Assembly (NCBI GenBank): GCA_963817395.1
Contig: CAWFOC010000004.1
Coordinates: forward strand, 564,914-628,913
From: an uncultured Acidobacteriota bacterium
GTDB lineage: Bacteria > Acidobacteriota > Vicinamibacteria > Vicinamibacterales > CAVPJW01
Direction: 5' to 3'
DNA length: 64,000 nucleotides
Shown here: positions 1 to 8,887 of the stretch, piece by piece
Layout of the letters: each line of letters begins with the position of its first letter
Position numbering within the stretch: the first letter of the stretch is position 1
Notes under the pieces: generated by a model
Seen by the model: the letters and a program-made list of their open reading frames with translations, nothing else
What the model was told of the DNA's origin: nothing
Database searches by the model: none
Position numbers and translations under genes: made by a program

Positions 1-940
1 CCAGACACTGACCGAAGCGCTCGACCACGACCGCGAACGGCGGCTGGTGCTCGAGCGGGCGCTCGCCGAAGCGAGCCTTGCCGGTGCCTCCCAGAACCGC
101 TCCGGTCTCCGACGGGGACGGCTCGCACGGCCGGTGGCGTCGCGCCGCTTGCGGGCGTGACGGCGGCCCAGCAGCTGCAGGAGGCGACGCGGGTGTTGCG
201 CGCGATGGAGCTGCGCCTCAAGCCTGAGCACCCGGACATCATCCAACTGAAGCGGACGATTCGTGAGCTCCAGAAGAAGGCGGATACCGAGGCCCTGGAA
301 CGTCCGGTCTCACCGGAGCTGGCCTCCGATTCGTCCACGGTCGATCCCGAGGAAGCACAGCGGCGCCGCCGTATCAGCGAGCTTCGCAGCGAGCTGCGGA
401 GCCTCGAGGTCCAGATGGCGGACCGTCAGGCCGAGGAGAAGCGGTTACGCGCGCAGAATTCGGTCGTACCAGGCCCGGCTCGAGGCGGCGCCCACACGGG
501 AGTCCGAGTTGATCGAGCTGACGCGCGACTACGACACGCTGCAGGGGGCCTACACGAGCCTGTTGTCGAAGAAGGAAGATGCGCAGGTTTCGGCCAATCT
601 CGAACGCCGCCAGATCGGCGAGCAGTTCAAGGTTCTCGATCCGGCGCGCCTGCCGGAGCGGCCTTTCAGTCCGAAGCGCTTGCAGCTGAACCTTTTCGGT
701 GTGCTGTTCGGCCTCGGTTTCGGAGCCGGTCTCGTCGCCCTGATGGAGGTGCGAGATTCGACGCTCAAGACGGACGAGGACGTCGTGAGCACGCTGAATC
801 TGCCAGTGCTGGCCATCATTCCCACGATGCTGACGACAATCGAGCGGAAGCGCCAGCGTCGTCGGCGGATGCTCATTTCGGCAACAACCACAGCCACGAT
901 CATCGTGGCGGCGATTGTTTTCTGGTCGCTGAAGTCCTGA
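1..940 (+). CDS. Polysaccharide chain-length determinant (PCP/Wzz-GumC-like, PEP-CTERM-locus type); 5' partial; at least two frame changes
   Basis: The coiled-coil segment AAQQLQEATRVLRAMELRLKPEHPDIIQLKRTIRELQKK (frame of ORF 157..984) continues in the frame of ORF 263..940 with YQARLEAAPTRESELIELTRDYDTLQ...ERRQIGEQFKVLDPARLPERPFSPKRLQLNLF. A C-terminal TM helix and an RKRQRRRR tail follow. The gene runs off the 5' edge, and frame switches occur near 70-155 and near 470. Confidence 0.6.
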
Positions 941-952
941 TTTGCTGGTGGA

Positions 953-1966
953 GTGATGTACGCACGGTTCTTCGGTCTCAATGAGTCGCCGTTCGAGCTG
1001 ACCTCGAACCTGCGCTACCTGTTCCTGACGCCCAAGCATCGGGCGGTGTTGAGCACCCTTCAGTACGGGATCAGCTCACGGAAAGGCACGACGCTGCTCG
1101 TCGGCGAGGCCGGTACGGGAAAGACGACGCTGATCCGGGCGGCGCTGGCGGCGCAGCGCGACGAATCAGCCAGTTGCATCTATCTCAGCAACCCGACGTT
1201 GAACCGCGAGGAGTTCTTGGAGTTTCTCGCGCGAGGGTTCTCACTGGGACCGTTGGCGGAGCAGTCCAAGACCGACTTTCTGGCCGAGCTCGAGCGTGCC
1301 CTGCGCCGGCAGGTCGACGAGGGCCGCGTGACGGCTCTCGTGATCGACGAGGCGCAGAGCCTGTCGTACGAGCTGCTCGAAGAGGTTCGCCTTCTGGCGA
1401 ACATGGAGACCGATTCGGGAAAGCTGCTGCCGGTCGTGCTGGCGGGACAGCCCGAGCTCGCCGATCGGTTGAACGAGCCGTCGCTCCGGCAGCTGAAGCA
1501 GCGCATTGCCCTTCGATGCGACCTGCGGCCCCTGGACCTGCGCGAAACGGCCGCGTATATCGCGGCGCGACTGCGATCGGCGGGTGGTGACGGACGCGAT
1601 GTGTTTACCCGCGAGGCAGTCGTCGCGATTCACGAGCAGTCACGGGGCATTCCGCGAACCATCAGCGTGATCGGCGACAACGCGCTCATCAACGGATTCG
1701 CCGTCGGCCGCCGGCCTGTGGGTCACGATCTGGTCATGGAAGCGTGCCGCGATCTTGATTTCAACCAGGACCCGGCCCCGGCGCTCGCCGACCCGATCAC
1801 CGACGTCTCCGGAGCGAGTGACCGTGCCGACCGCGATCCCGGCGAGGCCCCGGGAGGACGAGAGTGTTCGGAAGACACCGGAGCTGCCCTCGCTCTTCAG
1901 TCATGTCAACAAGCGCCGGCGTTTCTCATTTTTCTAATCATGAGCACGCGGCACCGACTCTCGTGA
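953..1966 (+). CDS. ExeA/GspA-like AAA ATPase (PEP-CTERM/exosortase-system-associated ATPase type)
   Basis: N-terminus is MYARFFGLNESPFELTSNLRYLFLTPKHRAVLSTLQYGI with Walker A GEAGTGKTT and Walker B LVIDEAQ. The C-terminal end is ambiguous, because alternate-frame ORF 1755..1937 ends in a plausible ...KRRRFSFF tail. Confidence 0.75.
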   Translation: MMYARFFGLNESPFELTSNLRYLFLTPKHRAVLSTLQYGISSRKGTTLLVGEAGTGKTTLIRAALAAQRDESASCIYLSNPTLNREEFLEFLARGFSLGPLAEQSKTDFLAELERALRRQVDEGRVTALVIDEAQSLSYELLEEVRLLANMETDSGKLLPVVLAGQPELADRLNEPSLRQLKQRIALRCDLRPLDLRETAAYIAARLRSAGGDGRDVFTREAVVAIHEQSRGIPRTISVIGDNALINGFAVGRRPVGHDLVMEACRDLDFNQDPAPALADPITDVSGASDRADRDPGEAPGGRECSEDTGAALALQSCQQAPAFLIFLIMSTRHRLS

Positions 1967-1984
1967 GGCCGTTGAGGAATAGCA

Positions 1985-2929
1985 ATGTCTCGCATAGAAG
2001 AAGCACTGAAGAAGTCTGGCGCTACGCTGAAGCTGCCCACTGAAGCGCCGCGGCAGGCCCCGGTCGATCTGGAACAGTTCCCGGCCGGACGCTCGGAGCC
2101 CGTCCCCGCGCCCCCGCTGGCCGATGGTCTGGGGATCTACGCGACCGAGCGCGAAGCGCATGACGAGCCGGTTCATTCCGTGCCGCCCCTGACGGCACCG
2201 GTGCCTCCTCAGGTCGCCTCGACCATGGCCATCTTCAGCGACGCATACAATGAGCGGCTCGTCGTCTCGTCGGCGACGCCTCCCGCACCGGTCGAACAGT
2301 ACCGCCGGCTCGCGGCGACCCTCCATCAAGCGCAGCTCGATCACGGCATCAAGACGGTCATGGTGGCAAGCGCGCTCGCGGGCGAAGGCAAGACCTTGAC
2401 GGCGACGAATCTGGCGCTGACGCTGAGCGAATCCTATCGACGCCGGGTGCTGTTGATCGATGCCGATCTGCGCCGCCCGATGATCCACGAGGTCTTCAAG
2501 ATCCCGAACGTCTCTGGCTTGTCGGAGGGAATCAACGCGTCACGGGATCAGAAGCTGTCACTGGTCGAGCTCTCTCCCCATCTCTCGGTGCTCACCGCAG
2601 GGCGACCCGAGGCGGATCCGATGAGCAGCCTGACGTCCGAACGCATGCGTCGCCTGCTCCAGGAGGCCTCGGAACGATTCGAGTGGGTCGTCCTCGACAC
2701 CCCGCCCGTGGGGTTGTTGTCGGATGCCACGCTTCTTGCGGACATGGTGGATGTCTCCATTCTCGTGATTGCCGCCGGCATGGCTCCCTTTGAAGCGGTC
2801 AACAAAGCCGTGGCTGCCCTCGGACGCGACAAGATCATCGGCGTGGTGCTCAACAGGGTGGAGGAGCGCCCGTCCTCGAACGGAGACTACTACCACCGTT
2901 ACTACTCGAACGACGCCGCGCGCCGGTAG
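1985..2929 (+). CDS. BY-kinase-like chain-length-determinant ATPase (CpsD/CapB family)
   Basis: Carries the P-loop SALAGEGKTLTATNLA, then VLLIDADLRRP and VLDTPPV motifs, and a Tyr-rich C-terminus (NGDYYHRYYSND). It sits directly after the PCP and ExeA-like genes. Confidence 0.75.
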   Translation: MSRIEEALKKSGATLKLPTEAPRQAPVDLEQFPAGRSEPVPAPPLADGLGIYATEREAHDEPVHSVPPLTAPVPPQVASTMAIFSDAYNERLVVSSATPPAPVEQYRRLAATLHQAQLDHGIKTVMVASALAGEGKTLTATNLALTLSESYRRRVLLIDADLRRPMIHEVFKIPNVSGLSEGINASRDQKLSLVELSPHLSVLTAGRPEADPMSSLTSERMRRLLQEASERFEWVVLDTPPVGLLSDATLLADMVDVSILVIAAGMAPFEAVNKAVAALGRDKIIGVVLNRVEERPSSNGDYYHRYYSNDAARR

Positions 2930-2958
2930 ACCGCGACGCGGCAAGGGAGACATGCGGG

Positions 2959-4342
2959 ATGGGTTCCGGCGTCACGATCCGTTCGGTCGCGCTGATCGCA
3001 TTCGAGACCCTGCTCATCGTGGCCGCCGTCGCTGTCAGCGCCTGGATTCGGCTCGGGCCTGACGCCTGGAGCCTGTTCACGCTCGAAGGCTCTCTCAAAG
3101 CCTTCCTGATTGCGGCCGTCTGCCAGCTCTGTCTCTACCTGGGCGATCTGTACGACCTGCGAAGCATCAAGGATCACCGCGACCTGTTCGTTCGCGCGGT
3201 CCGCGCCCTCGCGCTGACATCGTTCGTGCTGGCAGGCGTCTACTACTGGCTGCCGACCCTGATGATCGGGCGCGGCGTGTTCGTGCTGGCCTCGTTCCTC
3301 GTCATCACGACGGTCACCGGATGGCGCCTCGCGTTCGAATGGCTGAGCCGCAGCCTGGGTCCGAGAGAACGGCTGCTTCTCGTGGGCGTCAACGCCGCCG
3401 CCATTGGCCTGGTTCGTGAGCTGTTCGATCGAAGACACGACCTGGGTGTGGAAATCGTCGGCTTCGTGGACGCGGATCCGGCCCGAGTCGGATCGCCGGT
3501 GCTGAATCCGGGAGTGATTGGCACCATCGACGAGATTCCCGCGATCGTCCGTGCCCGTTCGGTGGATCGCGTCGTGGTGAGTCTGGCGGATGCCAGGGGC
3601 AAGCTGCCCATGGACAAGCTGCTGGAGATGAGGCTCGATGGCGTGAGGTTCGATCATCTGGCCTCGGTCTACGAGGAGTACACGGGCAAGATCGCCGTCG
3701 AGAACCTTCGCCCGAGCTGGCTGATCTTCTCGACCGGGTTTCGAAAGACAGCGGCCCTTCTTGGCCTGAAGCGCGCATTCGATCTGACGGTGGCGAGCGT
3801 GGGACTGGTGCTGGCCCTGCCCTTGATGGGTCTGATAGCCGCCGCGTTGAAGCTCTCGTCGCGCGGGCCCGTTTTCTACCACCAGGAGCGGGTCGGGCTC
3901 CAAGGCCGCATTTTCACGGTGCACAAGTTTCGATCGATGAGACCGGACGCCGAAGCGGTCAACCGGCGCGGTCTGGGCGAGCAAGGCCGGCGACGATCGG
4001 GTCACACCGGTTGGAGGATTCCTCAGGCGGGCCCGCCTCGACGAGCTCCCGCAACTCTGGAACGTTCTGAGAGGCGATATGAGCATGGTGGGTCCGCGGC
4101 CCGAACGCCCGGAGTTCATCCAGCGGCTGAGCAGCGTCATTCCGTTCTACGGCCAGCGACATGTCGTGCGGCCAGGGATCACCGGCTGGGCGCAAGTCAA
4201 GTACACCTACGGCGCCAGCGTCGAAGACGCCTTCGAGAAGCTTCAGTACGACCTCTACTACGTCAAGAACATGTCGATCGCGCTGGATTTGTTCATCCTG
4301 TTTTCGACGATCAAGACCGTTCTTCTGAGCCGCGGGGCCTAG
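2959..4342 (+). CDS. Initiating polyprenyl-phosphate sugar-phosphate transferase (EpsB/WbaP-type bacterial sugar transferase); one frameshift near 3960
   Basis: N-terminal TM helices are followed by the catalytic C-terminus ...FTVHKFRSMRPDAEA. This continues in the frame of ORF 4079..4342 as TGAVWASKAGDDRVTPVGGFLRRARLDELPQLWNVLRGDMSMVGPRPE...GITGWAQV. Confidence 0.8.
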
Positions 4343-4343
4343 C

Positions 4344-5381
4344 GTGACGCGACCTCACGAGCTCGAGGTGTCGAGCCGCTGGACCGAAGAGGAGTGGGAC
4401 GAGTTCGTGAACCAGAGCCCCGACGCCTCTGGCTATCACGATCACCGGTGGAGGCGCGTGTTCGAAAATGCATTCGGCCACGAGACCGACTACCTCGTGG
4501 CCCGCGCTGAAGAACAGATTGTGGGCGTCCTGCCGCTCGTCATCATGCGGAGCTGGCTGTTCGGCCGCTTCATGGTGTCGCTGCCCTTCGTCAACTACGG
4601 CGGCGCGCTGGGCGACGCCCCTGCCGTGCGCGCACTCGTCGAGACGGCGGTGGAGCGATGTCGCGCGCGGGGGCTGGCGTACCTCGAACTCAGACACGTG
4701 ACGCGGCGGTTTCCGGAGTACCCGGTGAGGCAGCACAAGGTGGCGATGCTGCTGGCCCTCGAGCCGAATGAGACGTCCATGTGGAAGCGGCTCGATCACA
4801 AGGTGCGGAACCAGGTTCGCAAGGCCGAAAAGAGCGGCCTGCGCGCGGAGGCGGGCGGTGCGGAGCTCGTCGCAGATTTCTATGACGTCTTCGCCGAAAA
4901 CATGCGCGACCTGGGCACGCCGGTCTATTCGCGGCGCTTCTTCGAGCAGATGCTCGCGCAGTTTCCGGGCAGCGTCGAGACGGTGCTGGTGCGGCTGGGA
5001 GACAAGGCCGTCGCGGGAGCCATCAGTTATTCCCATCACGAGCGGTTCGAGGTTCCATGGGCCTGCTCGCTGCGGTCCCATCGCGCGATGTGCCCGAACA
5101 TGCTGCTGTACTGGACGCTGATGACGCGCGCCATCGCCGCGGGCAGGACGACGCTCGATTTTGGGCGCTCAACCCCCGAGGAAGGCACCTTCCACTTCAA
5201 ACGGCAGTGGGGCGCCGTGCCGCAGAGTCTGTCCTGGGAGTACCCGTTTCTGACGGGCCGTCAGCTTCCCGATCAAAGCCCGAAGAATCCGAAGTTCAGG
5301 ACCGGCATCGAGCTCTGGAGGCGACTGCCCGTGCCGGTCGCGACGCTCCTTGGCCCTTCCATTGTCCGCGGCATTCCCTGA
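4344..5381 (+). CDS. FemAB-family protein (PEP-CTERM/exosortase-locus associated type)
   Basis: 345-aa intact ORF containing WDEFVNQSPDASGYHDHRWRRVFENAFGHETDYLVA...LPLVIMRSWLFGRFMVSLPFVNYGGA. Its GTG start lies 1-2 nt after the sugar-transferase stop. Confidence 0.7.
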   Translation: MTRPHELEVSSRWTEEEWDEFVNQSPDASGYHDHRWRRVFENAFGHETDYLVARAEEQIVGVLPLVIMRSWLFGRFMVSLPFVNYGGALGDAPAVRALVETAVERCRARGLAYLELRHVTRRFPEYPVRQHKVAMLLALEPNETSMWKRLDHKVRNQVRKAEKSGLRAEAGGAELVADFYDVFAENMRDLGTPVYSRRFFEQMLAQFPGSVETVLVRLGDKAVAGAISYSHHERFEVPWACSLRSHRAMCPNMLLYWTLMTRAIAAGRTTLDFGRSTPEEGTFHFKRQWGAVPQSLSWEYPFLTGRQLPDQSPKNPKFRTGIELWRRLPVPVATLLGPSIVRGIP

Positions 5382-5390
5382 GCGGGCGAT

Positions 5391-7028
5391 CTACTTCGTC
5401 AGGATGACCTTGCTCGGCGGCGACGGAGGTCTCGGCGGAGCCGACCCGGAAATCCCGCACGCAAGGCCATCGATGCCTGCCCTCGTCGTAGAGCAGGGCG
5501 CCACGGCGCCGTTGAGGGATCCCATACGGAGCCAGTTCTGCTGATTGGTCAGGCCGGGACCGGTGAGCCAAGCAGGCGGGGGTGTTGTCGGAGTTCAGGA
5601 TCGTCCGTGGAACGATGAAGCCCGGCGCCTGCGCGCCGTAGTACACGCGGAAGTTGTCGCCCGCTTGACGATTGTAGTTGTAAACCCGGAGCTCGTCAGG
5701 CGTGACGAGATCGCGCGTGGGATCGGACCTGGACAGAGGTCAATCGCCTGCGTCCCGCGACGCCAGCGGGGGTGGCAAACGTGGAGTCGGTGACATGACC
5801 TGCCGGGGCTGTATGCCGGCGGCGCTGTAAGAGCTCGGTCAGGTCCATGGCCAGATTCGTCTGGTTTCGCAGGTAGCTGTCCAACGCGTGCGGCACCCTG
5901 GAGAGGCCGCGGCGGCCGAGATAAAGATGCCGGTGACATCCCCTGAATGTCCGCGTTCCTGATGACGACGATGGAAGCCGGCATCTTTATCTCGGTACTT
6001 GGGGCCCGCGCCGCGGACGCGCGCGAGGACAGACGGCACCACGAGCGAAGGGGGAAGCAAGCCACCGGCCACGATCGCGCCGCGAGCCGAAACGCCAACG
6101 CGCGCGAGGACAGGGGGGCCCAATCTGATTGGTGCCGACCTGCGTCGGCCCCGATCGCGCGGCGCGGCGCGCCGGCCGCGGCGCGCGCGCTGCGCGCGCC
6201 GCGAGGCGGCGCGCGGCGCCGGAGCGCGGCGGGCCGGCGCGGGGCAGCGAGACGCCGTCGCGTCGCACCGGGGCGCAAGACGCTCGTCAGGTTGAGTGGG
6301 GCGCCGCTGGCGGTACCGAGCGTGAGGTCCTCGCACTGGAGGGAGAACCTCGACCCGGCCTCGTCCCACTTCAGATGTCGGCTATCGGGTATGACCAGGC
6401 GGTCTCCGGCCGCCCAGCCCGCCAGCGTCCGCGATGCCGTGAGCGCCGTGCGGCCGGCCGTCGGCTCGCGAGTCAGGCGATCGAAGGTCGGCGACGTGAC
6501 GGCGCCGTCAATTCTAACGAGTCCGAACGCCATGAACTCGGTGCCGTACTGTTCCGGGTCGGTGCTCGTATTCAAGGGGTCGGCAATGACGATTTCCTCC
6601 GTCACTCCCGCGGCTACCGGTGACGCCAGGGTGCCGATTTCGATCAATCCGCTGGGCGAGACTTCCAGCGTGCCAACCGTCAACCGCGTGTTGATATCGG
6701 TCCGGAATCGCGAGGCCCCATGGACGTCGACACGCGCCAGCGCCGCATTGCTCACGACGTCTTAGGTGACCGTCATTCCATCGCCGATCGACACCCCCTC
6801 GCCGGCGACGGGTGCGCGGCCGGCGCACCAGGTTGCCGGACTCGACCAGGCGCCGCTGCCGACGCTCCTGACGGTGGCTACCTCGCAGAAGTCTGGTATG
6901 TTATGAGGTAACCCGCTTGCACCAGCATGGTGGCCCTGCGCGCCTGCGAGGCCGGGAGAGGCGAAGAACGCCACCCAAGCCGAGACGAGGCACAGTAGGA
7001 CCCGCTTCGGACACCGTGCAACGGTCAT
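5391..7028 (-). pseudogene. Secreted G8-domain / beta-helix-like protein, heavily disrupted (in-frame TAA, several frame changes, near-pure GC tract)
   Basis: ORF 6762..7136 gives the signal peptide MTVARCPKRVLLCLVSAWVAFFASPGLAGA and the G8-like segment SGAWSSPATW...GRAPVAGEGVSIGDGMTVT. A TAA follows, and ORF 5595..6755 continues in the same frame (7136-6755=381). Downstream, coding-like pieces are spread over three frames (ORFs 5839..6369, 5696..5896, 5296..5646). Confidence 0.45.
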
Positions 7029-8887
7029 GGTCAGTCTCGGAACGCGAGACAGGGAGCTTTTGCGCTTGGCTATCCAGGCTGTTACCGACCACGGTCGTTT
7101 CACACCCGGTCGCGGGATTCTGGCGCTCATAGCCATTCTCGTTCTCGGATGGCTTGCGTCAGCGGCCCCGCGTCAAACTGCCCAGGTCACCGAGCTCTCG
7201 GCGTTCCACCGCGCGGGGCAAACCTTCCTCACGTGGCGCGAAGTCAATCCGCCCGATATCCCCGAGCCAGTCTCGGTGGAGCAGCTCAAGCGAATACGAA
7301 CCGACCTGGAGAAGCAGGGGATCCGGTACCGGATCTATCAGTCCGTCCAACCGATTCAATCGATCGCCGGGCTGAAGCCGATCGCCGAGGTGCGGTCGCT
7401 CACTGCTTGGAATTCAGAGTTCCATGGCGAGTACCATGCCCCAAGCGCCAGCGCTCCGTTATGTCATCGAAGACAACGCGGCGCCGCTCGCCAAAAATAC
7501 GGGGCTCGTCGTCCTGAATCCCGCGACCCCGGGACGGTCGTACTACGCCGTCACGGTGACAGTGGGCGGGGTGGAAACCCGCGTCGTCAATGCATCGAAC
7601 GCGTTGACGACGCCGGTCGACGAGACCGTCGCACAGGGTGTACCGGTTCTTCAGCGGGTGGAAAAACCCGCGGTTCACCTCTATATCGAGCGGCCCGAAC
7701 TTCGTTTCTACGTGCGCTGGGAATCGCCGCCGAATGCGAGCGTCGAGGGCAAGCCGTTCGATTATCTGATCGGGCTTCCTCCCATGCGGCGGTCTCCGGC
7801 ACCGGTCGGAATCCACCTGCATGCCTGGGGCGGCAGCCTCATGGGCGGCTACGGCTGGTGGTACAACGCCGAGCAGGGCGCCATACTGCTTGCGACCAAT
7901 CAGATTCCCTACGACTGGTGGACGGGCTACCACGAAGCGTACTTCGACCCAGGTCCTCGCCGCGCACAGGATTGGCAGCGGGGCGTCGTCAGACCGTATA
8001 CCCAACGACGGTTGTTGTCGTTTCTCGACTGGACCGCTGCAAATTTCAAGGTCGATCTCAGCAGAACGTTTACCGGGGGAGCCTCGATGGGCGGCAGCGG
8101 CGCCACGATGCTGGCGATCCGGTATCCAGATCGGATCGGCTGGAGCATCGGCTGGGTTGGCGTGCACCGGCCGAGCCAGTCGCCGACGTTCAAGTCTTCG
8201 TACGTCGGCGCGTACGGCGACCCCGAGTGGGGCGTTCGGTTCGAGGACGGCACGCCCGTCTGGGACTACTACGACGACGTCTGGTATCTTCGGCAGTACC
8301 CGAGCGTGAAACGCGGTTCATCACCTTCTCGAACGGCAAGAACGACGGCGGCATCGGATGGCCCAGGCAGTCGATTTCGCTGCGTGCCCTCCAGGAGACC
8401 AAGACGACCGCACCTCTTCGTCTGGGGCCAGGGGGGACACGGCCAGCGGGCGGTCATGCCCGAATGACCAGCCAGCGAGAAATGCCCATCGATATTCGTC
8501 TCGACCAGACGTTGCCGGCCTTCACCAACAGCAGCCTCGACGACAATCCCGGCAACGGGTCACCCGACGAGCGGGGACCCGGCCGGGCAATTCAACCGTT
8601 ATCTGTCTTGGGCGACCAACGATATCGTCGATCAGGCGGATCGCTGGGAGATGACGCTGCAGATGCCGGAAGCGGCCCCGGCTGCGCGGTGCACGGTCGA
8701 CGTCACTCCCCGGCGGTCTCAGCACTTCAAGGCGAAGCCGGGCGACAGCTTCACATGGTCGACCGGCGGCGGACAATCGGGTCGAGTCGTGGCCGATCGA
8801 TCGGGATTGGTCACGATTCCGGGGGTCGCTATGACGAAGGGAAGCACCCGTCTTCGCATCGTGAGGGATCGGACAACGGCTCAGTGA
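7027..8887 (+). CDS. Secreted alpha/beta-hydrolase-like protein (esterase/peptidase fold), at least 5 frame changes
   Basis: Pieces lie in ORFs 7027..9183, 7424..8467 and 8651..8887. There is a signal-like ILALIAILVLGWLASAAP segment and a GGASMGGSG nucleophile-elbow-like motif. Frame switches occur near 7435, 8300, 8400, 8465 and 8580. Confidence 0.5.

Noticed and set aside
3950-3970. Programmed ribosomal frameshifting or recoding as an explanation for the frame breaks
   Set aside because: The sites I resolved show no slippery heptamers or downstream structures. The breaks occur in many unrelated genes in both directions (+1 and -1), often in short G/C runs, which fits indel errors or decay.
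2902-4140. Long ORFs on the opposite strand or in alternate frames of recognisable genes. Examples: 2902..4140(-), 10080..11033(-), 23864..24799(-), 32040..33338(+), 41851..43116(-), 50688..52556(-), 54393..55433(-), 58292..59401(-), 60739..61878(+), 62007..63248(+), 5947..6765(+).
   Set aside because: These are shadow ORFs typical of high-GC DNA. Their translations are Arg/Gly/Pro/Ala-rich with no recognisable motifs, and in every case the other strand or frame encodes a clearly identifiable protein.
6129-6270. GC-rich repetitive tract considered as a CRISPR or tandem-repeat array
   Set aside because: There is no regular repeat-spacer periodicity. It is low-complexity (CG)n/(GCG)n-like sequence inside a coding region.
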